A DNA stretch of 63,051 bases, filler included, from Octopus bimaculoides (lineage: Eukaryota), in NCBI RefSeq assembly GCF_001194135.2. It is 4 parts of 4 records of this genome, joined end to end, with 100 filler letters (N's around TTAATTAATTAA, not from the genome) between each part and the next. Parts side by side here need not be neighbours in the genome. Positions count along the whole stretch, not along the records: positions 1 to 28,489 come from NC_068985.1; 3 more parts are not named here. One strand, written 5' to 3'. The position numbers and the translations under genes were made by a program. Below the pieces are notes generated by a model. It had not been told where the DNA came from. It saw only the letters and a list, made by a program, of their open reading frames with translations, and ran no database searches. This document shows positions 1-12,068 of the stretch, in pieces (the stretch's first letter is position 1; the number at the start of each line of letters is the position of its first letter).

Positions 1-575
1 AGGTACTTACTTTCATGTACCTTTTAAAAAAAAAAGCCTGAGGTGACCGTGGTTTTTTCCGTAGGCTTTTCTCTCCACGGATAAACCTAATCTGTTCCCC
101 GTTTTTTACATCGACTGTGATACACGATCCCTATTGATCGCCCTCCCCACGTTTTTTTTTTTTTAAATTTTTTTTTTTCTTCTCGCGATCCCTTTTGATC
201 CAAATTATCCCCCCCCCCCAAGAAAAGCTCTACTTTGTAATTTGTCCATTTTCTGTATTTAGCCCTGTGTGGCTATAATAAAAAGATATCTGTTTATATC
301 TATTTATCTACTTGTTTATATTTATCTATCTACCTGTCTATCTCTGTCCATCTATCTATCTATCTATCTATATGCATACCTACAGACATACACACAGACA
401 CGCACACATGTGATCACACACACATACGCACATGCACGCACGCACACACATACATATCTCCTCTTATCCTGCTTAATTTTCGAATTTCTTATACCACTGC
501 TGCTATGTATTTCTATACAAGGCATATGTACATGTGAGAGCGCATGTGTACGCACGCGCGCTTTACTACGAGCGG

Positions 576-606
<31 letters not shown>

Positions 607-1326
607 GATACAACCGCACTTTGACATGCGAACATATATACATATACACATACATGTGTGTATGTGTGTTTGTGCGTGCGCGTGTGTGTGTGTATAGTAT
701 ATAATTCACAGAGAACTTACCATCAATGGTGAACTATTTACGTATACGTGTATTATTTGTTGTTTACAAGCTTAGAATCTATACCCCGGTGTGTTATACA
801 TCATTTCTGATCGAAAATCGTGACGCAGCAACAGATTGAAATGAGACAAAGGGAATATATAAAATGACAGCTTTAGAGGCCATAAACTAAAAGTGTGTGA
901 AATCGTAGTGGCGTAATACACAAGCATATCCATAGAAACCAAATCATAGATGCATATAGTCACAGCAGCCATCATACACAGTATCTAATATATGCGGCTA
1001 TATTAGTACATTAATGGAGACGCACAAGTATCTGGTAAATTATATCTAATCGTATGTGAGTTTATATGTGGTCATATCTATAGACATGCATCACATACAT
1101 ATATTCTTTTTCTTTCCGACATTCCTTTCTTTCGTTTTTGCCTCTTTGCACACACACACGTACACACACAGACACACAGACACAGACACGCACACGCACA
1201 CACGTACATATAAGTATATACGTGTACATACGTATCTACCTCTGTGTATATCTACATACACGCATATTTATGTATAAACATGTGTGCGTGTATCTATATG
1301 TATACACGCATACATATATATATATG

Positions 1327-1376
<50 letters not shown>

Positions 1377-3654
1377 TGTGTATATATATATATATATGTG
1401 TGNNNNNNNNNNGTATGTGTGTGTGTATATATATATATATATGTGTGTGCGTGTATATATATATATATATATATATATAAAGAAAATTGCCAAAGCGAAA
1501 TACACACGCACACACACAGACACAGCTTACAAAGAGTTGGTGTTGATATAAATTATATATCCATACTGAAAGCAATATGTCTAAAATGATGTAATAACTT
1601 CAAGAATATTTTTTTATTGTGATGCTGTCTGCAAACACTACATAAGTATTTCTCTGAAATTTATTTCATAATGTTCAGAATCTATGATCTAAAACAAGAA
1701 AGAAAAACCGACAGAGTAAAATGAATAATGTATAAATACATGTGTTCATGAATATATGCGTGTTATATGTTAACAAATTAGATATTTGTATGTTTTGCTG
1801 TGTATATTTTTGTTCCGAAATAAAACAATTGAAAGAGTATAAAGAATGAAGAAAATGGTGTGTATCTGGGTGTGTTTATAGAGAGAAACATAGCTAGCGA
1901 GAAAGTTACACAGATTGGAGGAGAAAAATAAACAAAGAGAGAAGGAGAAAGTAAGAAAGGGTAGAAAGTTGTGTGTGTAGCAAGGTAGCAGACGACATAT
2001 CAATTGTGCAAATAAGATGAGCAGACGACTTACCACGTGATCAGTAATATAAAAGGAAAAGTATTTTGTTTGTTTGATACGAACATTTTCATGTTATGTG
2101 AGTTGTAATTTTATATTGATATTTGTTGAAAGTCAATAGGGATGAGAAATAATAGATTATAGTGATTTAGGAGCTGCGTCTATGTGGTTGTGTGCTTGCA
2201 TATCAACGTGTGTCAATTCTGTCTCTGTTAACTGAAACATGGCTGCAGGCATGGTGAGTAGTTAAAAATTATCGCTTGTCAATCAGAAGATGAGGAGTTC
2301 AAATGTCATATCGCGATATCTTTCCTTCTAATACATGTACGAGGCTTAACTCAAACTTTTACAGTGAAATTGTATACACGAAACCCGTGGAAGCATGTCA
2401 CATAGACTGTCACTTTAATTCAAAGGGTAAGCTTTATCAAACAGTCTCTCAAGCGGCTCAACATTTAAGAAGTTCAGTTGATCAACTAACTAGCATATTC
2501 ATTGTAGAGGCTGAAGGCGAATATTTTAACTCCTTTACGTAATTAGAATATTATAATCAACATTATTCGCTAATGTCTTCGCTATTATCTTCGCTATTGT
2601 CTTCGCTATTCTAGGTATTTATTATTATCATTTCTGCCATCACTGCTTGAAGCAAAATGCATACTGACATGAGATAGTTGCCATCGTTCAATCTTTGGTA
2701 AGAGATTTCAGGAAAATTATCATGTGCTCTCCGAGCTGTGACCATATCTCTCCATCTCTTATATCGCCGACCTCTACTAGTGTGGCCAACCCGATTGAGA
2801 GCAATATTTTGGAATGTCATAGTAAACATTAGCCTGAATACATACAAAGATGTAGATTCAGGTGTTGATGCCTATTTGAGTTTACGAAACTACAGATTTT
2901 AGCTAAATATGATTCATCTTGATTCAACTGCCCAGTAACTGTACGATTATCTTTGATCCACAAAGTCATGTTTCTGGTTGCGTAATTTCGACCGGATCTA
3001 TCGGGTAAATAGGCATTCGTGCATAATGTGCATTCTTCTGATAATACACAAGTGATTTGCTTAATCGACTGTTTCTTTACTGGGTGTACTTCAGATGTTG
3101 TTACATTAACTCAGTCACTTTTATGTATAGGTATCAATAAAACGTCTGTTTTATAATTATTTGTTATTGAATAATGTTAGTAAACGCGATCAAGTCCGTT
3201 AGGTCCTTTAAATTGTTATTTTGAGAAGTTAGTCAGATAACGTTCTCTGATTCCATGACGTATTTTCTGACGTTGATGAAGTCAATGGAGCCATAAAATC
3301 AGTCAGGTTAATGTATGTGAGAAAATAGTTGCGCCAGGAAGAACACCAGAGCAACATTTTCAGCTTCATCGAGGGTCAATTGCCGTCGTTAAAACTAGAG
3401 TTTAACAAACTAACGTGCATGTTTTCCATAGTTTTTAATTGACTGCATAGTATTCTTATGAAGTTGTGTATCGATGCTTGCAATCACTGAACGGGGAGCT
3501 TATTACATTTTGATAGTATATAACTGTTGCCTTCCTATATGTTGTTTTATCACAACACGCACACACACACTTATATATAACAAGAAATATTTGTCTCTAT
3601 AGAAACAAAAGGGTTTATAGGACTGCAAAAGAAGTGCTCAAATATAAATGGAAC

Positions 3655-3896
3655 GAAGCATTTGGTTATAGAACCAACATTAAATTTGGGTCAACGACTT
3701 TGCATACAGCACCACCCCTCAAATAGGCCGTTCTATTCGTATTTTATTTGATTATATATTTTTACCTTATGTGATTTTATGTATAAGTATTATTTTTTAT
3801 GCGTTTGGGAACCATGGTGATTTTTATGTATGATGAGGGAGGATGTATGTAAAGTCGTTGACCCAAATTTAATGTTTGTTCTATAACCAATGCTTC
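3655..3896. repeat. Inverted repeat (fold-back), ~52-bp arms around an AT-rich ~137-bp spacer, abutting (TA)n
   Basis: gaagcatttggttatagaaccaacattaaatttgggtcaacgactttgcatac (3655-3707) is the near-perfect reverse complement of 3845-3896. Confidence 0.85.
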
Positions 3897-4202
3897 TTTA
3901 TATATACATACATATATATATATACATATATATATATACATATATATATATATATGTATGTGTGTGTGTACAACTACACAACTGTGATATTGCGTTTAAG
4001 GGAAATGCATTAAAATGATATGGCGTTAAGAAACACAGCATAGCACATAGCTAGTCCATTTCGTTTCGCCTAGCTTTGAAGTATGTTTCGATTCGTAACA
4101 CAATACATTTTTAAATGGATTCCCTTAAACAAAATACTGCAGATTTGTAGCGTTGAACACCACACATTAAGTACCGTTCTATATTTAAGAGATGGGGAAT
4201 TA

Positions 4203-4400
4203 TGTACATTATTCATATTTGACGGATATTTGTTCTCCAGCCTTCAACAGGTGCATTGGGGAAACTTTGAACCTGGATTTTCATTCTTAAGGTATTTTTC
4301 CATATTATTATTATTGTTATTATTATTGTTACTATTCGGGTCATTGCCTCGAATCGAACTTGGAATCTTGGGGATTTAGCCTGCGCTCTTAACCACCACA
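4203..4400 (-). mobile_element. Degenerate tRNA-derived SINE with internal (TTA)n
   Basis: The minus strand reads like a tRNA head (gtggtggttaagagcgcaggctaaatccccaagattccaagttcgattcgaggc) with A/B-box-like motifs, followed by (AAT)n and a tail. Confidence 0.5.
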
Positions 4401-4501
4401 ATTATGGAGTGAAGTTTAGGACTTATAAATCTAATAATTTCCTATCCTTCCTTAATACCGGTTCCCATATGCTATTCATATCTGCACTCGGTCTGTACAC
4501 G

Positions 4502-4585
<84 letters not shown>

Positions 4586-5086
4586 ATGCCTGGCTGTGGT
4601 AAGAAGTTTGCTNNNNNNNNNNNNNNNNNNNNNNNNNNNNNNNNNNNNNNNNNNNNNNNNNNNNNNNNNNNNNNNNNNNNNNNNNNNNNNNNNNNNNNNN
4701 NNNNNNNNNNNNNNNNNNNNNNNNNNNNNNNNNNNNNNNNNNNNNNNNNNNNNNNNNNNNNNNNNNNNNNNNNNNNNNNNNNNNNNNNNNNNNNNNNNNN
4801 NNNNNNNNNNNNNNNNNNNNNNNNNNNNNNNNNNNNNNNNNNNNNNNNNNNNNNNNNNNNNNNNNNNNNNNNNNNNNNNNNNNNNNNNNNNNNNNNNNNN
4901 NNNNNNNNNNNNNNNNNNNNNNNNNNNNNNNNNNNNNNNNNNNNNNNNNNNNNNNNNNNNNNNNNNNNNNNNNNNNNNNNNNNNNNNNNNNNNNNNNNNN
5001 NNNNNNNNNNNNNNNNNNNNNNNNNNNNNNNNNNNNNNNNNNNNNNNNNNNNNNNNNNNNNNNNNNNNNAGAGAGAGAAAGAGAGT

Positions 5087-5134
<48 letters not shown>

Positions 5135-5276
5135 ATATCTATATACATAATACACACATACATGCATCCATACATTCACACACACATACACATTCTACAC
5201 ACATACGCACATGCATTCAGACACACACATACACACAAACGTCGTCCCATTGATATTGTTCTTTTACTTGTTTCAG

Positions 5277-5475
5277 TCAACAGAATTTTATGGGGCAGGG
5301 ATACATGCTCTCATTCGAAGGTGCAGTCTTGCTATTGAGAGCAATGGTGACTATGTTGAGAAGTAGGGATGTGATCCACAGAGGACCAGCTTCATTTTGA
5401 TGTATGATACATGTTCCTGTGTTGGTAATTATACCTGTCCTAAACAAAATGGCATTACTTTTTGACTCACACTCG
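5277..5475 (+). mobile_element. Mariner 3' fragment (transposase C-terminus plus right TIR)
   Basis: Translates STEFYGAGIHALIRRCSLAIESNGDYVEK* (stop 5364-5366), a mariner-type C-terminus. Ends cattactttttgactcacactcg followed by TA. Confidence 0.7.
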
Positions 5476-6319
5476 TACATTAAGAAGTAAAATCGGTAGA
5501 GCACTAACTAAATTCACTCTGGTACGCCTTTTTGCCTGCTGAGTTTAATTTCTGTTACGGTTAGCTACGCACGTCCCCAACTATAGGTTCGACTGTTCGT
5601 TAGGTACAACGAGCACTAATATTTCATTTCTCCGTTAAGGATAAATTTATGTATATCTTAACTCCGTTAAAATTCCTTTCTATGTTATTACTTGTTGACA
5701 AACTCTTTCGAAAGAATAAGGATTATTACGCTTCCATTCATTGAATTTTCTCAGAATTTCATAATAATGTTACTTTCTAATTAATCCTTGGGTAAGTGAA
5801 GAAATATCTTCCTTTAGCATTATGAGAAGCGCGTTTTCTAAACTGCCATTGTGTTCAAAGTTCTTTGGTTGTACTTGGATAAAAATCAGTTAACCGCAAA
5901 AGACCGTTGAGAAGATAAAACTCAACACTCAATTTCCATTCTTTAAAATTTCGATGATTCAGTTACGCGAGAGGATCATTGTTCGTTTTCTTTGAGAAAA
6001 ATGCAGAACAAAGGCAATGAAACTCACTTCAAACACGAGAATTTGGATTTTAAGGACCTTGTTAGCTAGATAACAACAACATCACTTTATGCTGCATTCA
6101 GCCCTCTTTCCGCAGTGATTGATTAATTGTGCTGGTGACATATCATACGCAGCAACGCTGTTAGGTTATACTTTTTAACTCGAAATTTATTTTAAATATT
6201 TGTTCTACTTATAGTTTTTTCAATTCTAGAATATTTAAGAAAATCAATGACAACTATTTAGAGACACACTAAATTAAAACTCGAAATCTAGGAGAAATCA
6301 CTTATCTCTCTCTCTCTCT

Positions 6320-6453
6320 CTCTCTCATACTTATTCTCTCTCATACTTACTCTCTCTCATACTTACTCTCTCTCATACTTACTCTCTCTCATACTTACTC
6401 TCTCTCATACTTACTCTCTCTCATACTTACTCTCTCTCTCTCTCATACTTACT
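6320..6453. repeat. 16-bp minisatellite (tctctctcatacttac) x ~8
   Basis: catactta[c/t] recurs at 6326, 6342, 6358, 6374, 6390, 6406, 6422 and 6444. Confidence 0.9.
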
Positions 6454-6693
6454 CACTTTCACTCCTTCACTCACTCTCTCTGTATATATACATGTATATT
6501 TTTTGGTATTTATACGTATATATCTATATTCATATGTATGTTTACATGTATGTATGTATATATCTAGCTATCTATCTATCTATATTCATATGTCTATATG
6601 AATACAAAAATATATATATATTCTCTGTGCGTATATATGTGTTTTTGTGTGTGTGTATGTGTGTGTGTGTGCGTGCGCGCGTATGTGTGCGTC

Positions 6694-6743
<50 letters not shown>

Positions 6744-8308
6744 GAAAATATATCCATCCATACGGATATACATACATATATGCATAACCCTATGTACCAT
6801 GTTGCATGTACAATTATAACTTTTGACGGTAATGGAGAAGTAAACAATATTTGCCATGATATTAACATCGCAGTTATTGATTTTTTATTTTATGTTTGTG
6901 TTTTTTTTGTTTATCATACAATGGCATCGCCATATTACATATTGCATGTTACGAAACATCAACTGAGAAACAAATATATCTGAGATACTTTCGTTACCAT
7001 TCTTCTTAAAACTAAATCTAAAAAGCAAAATCAAATACGCTCTTTCTTCTTCTCAATGCGTGCAACATTAGCAAGTAAAATATTCATAATCATATAAATA
7101 TTGATGTGCAACATTCAATATTTTATATTATTTCTCATCTTTTTTTTAATTTTATTTTGTTTTTATTTACTAGCATACACATTTAGTTATTACACTTTTT
7201 TTTGCAAGTTTGCGAGATAATTTTTATAGACAAATATATGAACTTGCTTTTTTTATTACCTTATTATTGTTTGTTGTTTAGGTGATTGATAGCTCGTTTT
7301 TTGTTGTTGTTGTACATAAAAGGAAACGAGCTAAATATACTGGCGTATTAACATCTTACCAAATATGGATTTATTCTGGAAACTTCACATAAGAACAGCG
7401 CATATCATTTACGTTTGCATCAAGCGAGATTTCTAATTATATTCACATCGTTTACATAAATAGTTACGATTGATATTCCTAGTAATTTTGGTGCAGTTGG
7501 GTGAATTGCTTAATTACAGGGGCTTACTAAAGATCGCTGTCTAGGATTTCTAAATTTCAGTCTTTGATGTCACTTGCCGAACATGAGAACATAAATCTGA
7601 TTCCATGGATTTCAGCGAACAGTCATTGTGACTTCACTTATTTACGTCATCACTTTTTACTCATGTTTTCATAATGTTGTTTTCGTCGAAAAACTAACCG
7701 TATAAAATTTATATAGAAAATATATGGAAAACATAAGGAAAATACATAGAAAATATATAGAAAACATATGGAACATATTTAGAACACATAGAATATATAT
7801 AGAAAACATAAAAATTATATAGAACTTGGATCGCATCGGTTTATATTCTCCTTAGAATATAAACTAATGTGATGGCGAATGGTTCTGTGGTTAGGTTGTT
7901 GCACGCACTAAAGCGAGATAGTGGTTTTAACACCAAGATTCGAAATTGCGATACGGTTTCATATCCTAGGGACATACCTCCCGTTGTCAATCATTAAATT
8001 AATGTTTTGTTGATTTGGGGTTAATTTAACATAATGGATGCTGACCAGCACCTCCCAGTCACTCATGTGACCTGTATTTATTTTGCCTTTAGGTTCTAAT
8101 TGCTAATAAGTCACCCTTTTTATTAATTATATAATTCCAAGAGTTAGAGGTTGTTAATCCAACCAACTAAGGGATAATATCTATCCAATATGCAGCTGGT
8201 AGAATGCCCAATTATTATTTTTACACAGTGTTTAATCATTGCATGGCAATTACACTACTGAATGTAATAAATGGGCGAGGGTAAAAAGTTTTATAAGAAA
8301 ATGGAGGG

Positions 8309-8397
8309 GATCAAGAGGTGGTATTCATCAACTTTTAGACATTATATTATATCTATTTACATAATATGTCTAAAAGTTGATGAATACCACCTTGATC
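8309..8397. repeat. Near-perfect ~89-nt hairpin (short inverted repeat)
   Basis: gatcaagaggtggtattcatcaacttttagacat pairs with atgtctaaaagttgatgaataccaccttgatc; AT-rich loop. Confidence 0.9.
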
Positions 8398-8695
8398 GCC
8401 TTAATATTTTCTGTCATCGGTCGACACAATGAAAATGCCTCCATTAAATAAATATTTTAAATAACTGTAAGTACTTTATTGAACATTAATGGCATGAAAA
8501 TTCTAGCTTCAGGTTGACCATTAATTATTAACTCCGTCAAAAAAAAGGTAATACTGTGAGGATTGTGAATAGTGTCCCCGGATATTATTGAGACTCTGCA
8601 CGGAGTTTCTAGGTGCACCGGAATATCCTGACTTGTGACAAATCCTATGGAATGACATTTAGTAGAATACAGAGGGGGACTGCTAAGTAGTGATC

Positions 8696-9142
8696 AGTAA
8701 AATTGCTATGCTATTATCAGTCCGAACATGCTTGATGCACGTTCGAATACGAGGACAAGCTACTCACTGAATTCTGTCATGGAGAATATATCTCACTTGT
8801 TGACAAATTGTGTGTCTACACGTAGATCAGCTTGCAGCACCACCTACCTAGACAGTGAGGTGCTATCATTTCGGAGTAGTTATCTCCTCTTCGGTGGCAA
8901 ACACTAGGCAGACTACGATCAGCTCGTAGCGTCGTATGCCTAGTATCTGTGACCGCAGGGGGAAATAACTACTCTGAAATGCTAGGATCTCGCAGTCTAG
9001 GTAGGTGGCGCTGCGAGCTGATCCAGGTGTATATTGTCGACAAACGGGATATATTCTCTGTGACAAAACACATTGAATCGGTTATTCCCCAGTTCAAACG
9101 TGCATCAAGCATATTCAGATTGATAATAACATGACATTTACT
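8696..9142. mobile_element. ~450-bp imperfect palindrome with degenerate hammerhead-like core in each arm; probable Penelope-like inverted pLTR
   Basis: The arms mirror around ctacga-tcagc-tcgtag (~8912-8929). Minus strand 8869-8894 reads CCGAAGA-GGAG-ataacta-CTCC-GAAA. The palindrome is certain; the PLE assignment is inference. Confidence 0.7.
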
Positions 9143-9149
9143 AGATATA

Positions 9150-9384
9150 TCGCAAACTACTTTTTCGGCAAACGGATTTAGCAGAGAATATAGAAACTTT
9201 CAAGGTTTTATGAACTTCCAGATTCTAAGAAGGGTTTGGAAGCGTATCTAATGTGGTTTGCCTTAAATGCATGTTTATACGTTTATGAGAGCCGTCAAGA
9301 AACCATCGGAGTATTTTGTTGTGTTCAGGGATAGGGTATCACATATATTAGATATTCTGTATCAAAGTAAATATTTGCTGCTAC

Positions 9385-9385
<1 letters not shown>
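9150..9385 (-). mobile_element. Possible degenerate GIY-YIG endonuclease remnant running into the palindrome, ending at (TA)n
   Basis: Frames give DTEYLIYVIPYP* and HKRINMHLRQ, loosely like the PLE GIY-YIG NLIYxIxC...LxxRxxxH pattern. The YIG motif itself is not recognisable. Confidence 0.3.
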
Positions 9386-9428
<43 letters not shown>

Positions 9429-9585
9429 CACTTAGATATGTATCGACCAAAGATTGTTCCAAGCCATGTCTAACTTAATAGCACCACCTGATAGGATTAT
9501 CTAAATCCTTTTTAAATCAAGTTTTGTGGTATAATCATCCATCCAAGTAGTGAGTTGTTGTTGAGTGAGTTGTATATATATACAT

Positions 9586-9621
<36 letters not shown>

Positions 9622-9849
9622 TTATGTATGTATGTACGTCGTGTGTATATAGGTATATATACTTGTATTCATGTTTGTGTACATCAGGAGTCGGATCCTT
9701 GACTGTCACGTGTGCAAGTAAGCTGTTCACCATTTATTATTATACATAACTGGATAAACCACGTAATAAATAAATTATTTCTGTTGAGCAATTACCTCAT
9801 GTTGTAATAAACAGCAGCAGTTTATTTTTCAAAACGTTAGAAGATTTTA

Positions 9850-10760
9850 GAAATGAATTGATGTTTTCGCTTCATCCAATCTCGATCTTCTCTAGAGCAT
9901 TCCTGTGTTTATGGGAAATGTTTATTTTACTCTGAATTCCTGCGTGGGACCTTCTTGAATATCTATATTTCAATATGAGTAGCTTGTTTGTTAAAACTAT
10001 ACGAAGTCTTTGTTCTTTGCCGCATCCTTTGAAACGATAATTTGTCCCAGCTTGGAATTGTTTCCTTGACATTCGTAATGGATAATCTTGTATATTCGAT
10101 ATAAATTCTTTTAGTTTTATGCTATTGTCTTGAATACTGATAATTTCAGAATAATCCTGTTCTCTTTTTATTGATTTAGTTTGAGGCTATAAGAAACTGA
10201 AACAAAACAGACCGAAATTGCTGAGCTATATTCTCATGTTGAACAGAAATCATAAATTCTGGTTCCATATAGCCAGACACGATTGTATGTGCCGCTTTCG
10301 GCTCATGGGTAAATTCTGTATTATTTGTTAAGCAGAGATCTAACGGATTGTTGGATTTCGTCGGATAAAGGATAATTTGTTTTATAAACAGTGTATGATT
10401 AGGGTCCAGCAAGGATACAATCTATGACATTTCTTAAATAATATTTCACTTTGGTCTTTTGAATCCAGATGGATTGAAATCATGCGAATGCGAAACAATA
10501 CACATATACTGATCCATTTCCATTAATACAGCATCCAAAGCGGTATTCAAATTCTACACTGCAATCTGAGAAATCTGGACGTTACTGTTTTGTAGATGTT
10601 ACCCACATTGATTTCGAAAGTAGAACCATCACTTCGACATCCTCATCAACGCATACATTTCTATTATAAACCTCTGTTTCTTTCGTGTCAGCATCAATGA
10701 TTACATAAAGATGTAAGCGCATTTCTACACAGAATATATGTACTTGTAGATATCACTTTT
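9850..10760 (-). mobile_element. CR1/L2-type LINE ORF2 fragment (APE endonuclease C-terminal half), degenerate
   Basis: ORF 10176-10412 has FIKQIILYPTKSNNPLDLCLTNN, matching the CR1 PTRxxNxLDLxxTN motif. The upper boundary is uncertain. Confidence 0.65.
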
Positions 10761-10913
10761 TCTGCAGTTGCCATTGATATTGGCTTAGGATTTTGGCTCA
10801 ACGTCATGAATTTGGCGGCGGTGCTAAGTTGATTAAATCCACTCCAATATTTAATTACTCCTCATTTTAATTGACATGGATATTAAGTCATTTAGTGTGA
10901 TGAGGCAGATTCA

Positions 10914-11272
10914 TTCTTTTACTTGTTTCAGTCATTTGACTCCGGCCATGCTGGAGCACCGCCTTTAGTCGAACAAATCGACCCCAGGACTTATTCTTTG
11001 TAAGCCTAGTACTTATTCTATCGGGCTCTTTTGCCGAACCGCTAGTTACAGGGACATAAACACAGCCACATCCGTTGGTGATAGTAGGATCACAAAAACA
11101 CAAACACACACATATATATACGACGGGCTTCTTTCAGTTTCCTTCTACCAAATTCACTCACTAGGCTTTGGTCACCCCGAGGCTATAGTATAAGACATTT
11201 GCCCAAGGCGCCACGCAATGGGACTGAACCCGAAACCATGTGGTTGAGAAGCAGGCTGCTTACCACACAGCC
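10914..11272 (-). mobile_element. tRNA-derived SINE, family C (octopus OK-like)
   Basis: Head ggctgtgtggtaagcagcctgcttctcaaccacatggtttcgggttcagtccc, CORE-like ccttgggcaaatgtctt, and tail ending gactgaaacaagtaaaagaa. Related copies at 24.3 kb and 32 kb. Confidence 0.85.
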
Positions 11273-11631
11273 ATATATNNNNNNNNNNNNNNNNNNNNNN
11301 NNNNNNNNNNNNNNNNNNNNNNNNNNNNNNNNNNNNNNNNNNNNNNNNNNNNNNNNNNNNNNNNNNNNNNNNNNNNNNNNNNNNNNNNNNNNNNNNNNNN
11401 NNNNNNNNNNNNNNNNNNNNNNNNNNNNNNNNNNNNNNNNNNNNNNNNNNNNNNNNNNNNNNNNNNNNNNNNNNNNNNNNNNNNNNNNNNNNNNNNNNNN
11501 NNNNNNNNNNNNNNNNNNNNNNNNNNNNNNNNNNNNNNNNNNNNNNNNNNNNNNNNNNNNNNNNNNNNNNNNNNNNNNNNNNNNNNNNNNNNNNNNNNNN
11601 NNNNNNNNNNNNNNNNNNNNNNNNNNNNNNA

Positions 11632-11835
11632 GGCACAAAGCCTTGAAAAGTTTTGGGAAACGGTGGCTATTCGAAAATATCGACCTCAGTGCATAACTGG
11701 TATTTATTTCATCGACTCCGAAGGATGAAAGGCAAAGTCGCCCGCAGCAGAATTTGAACTCAGAGAATAGCGGCAGACGAAATTTCGCTAAGCATTTCAT
11801 CCGGCGTGCTAACGATTCTGCCAGCTCACCGCCTT
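11632..11835 (-). mobile_element. tRNA-derived SINE, family A
   Basis: Shares gagttcaaatt (B box) and gcctttcatccttcggagtcgat core with copies at 18.75, 18.98, 28.7, 39.0 and 54.5 kb. Confidence 0.8.
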
Positions 11836-11856
11836 ACTATTCTACTAATAATGGTT

Positions 11857-12068
11857 TCATATTTTGGCACAAGGCCAGCAATTTTATAGGCCTGATGGGG
11901 GGGGGGGTAAGTCGATTACATCGATCCCTGGACAAAATTGGTACTTATTTTATCGACCCATAAAGGATGAAAGGCAAAGCGAAATTTGAACTCAGAACGT
12001 TAAGGCGGACGAAAATGTAGCAAATCATTTCCCCCGGTGCTCTACCTTTTCTGCTAGCTCGTCATCTT
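11857..12068 (-). mobile_element. SINE family A, second tandem copy
   Basis: Same core (ggatgaaaggcaaag...aatttgaactcagaacgt) directly adjacent to the previous copy. Confidence 0.75.

Noticed and set aside
2303-2847. ORFs 2303-2542 (+) and 2611-2847 (-)
   Set aside because: No motif or consistent splice structure; likely chance.
6320-6453. Regularly spaced repeats suggesting CRISPR
   Set aside because: No unique spacers, no cas genes, eukaryotic context.
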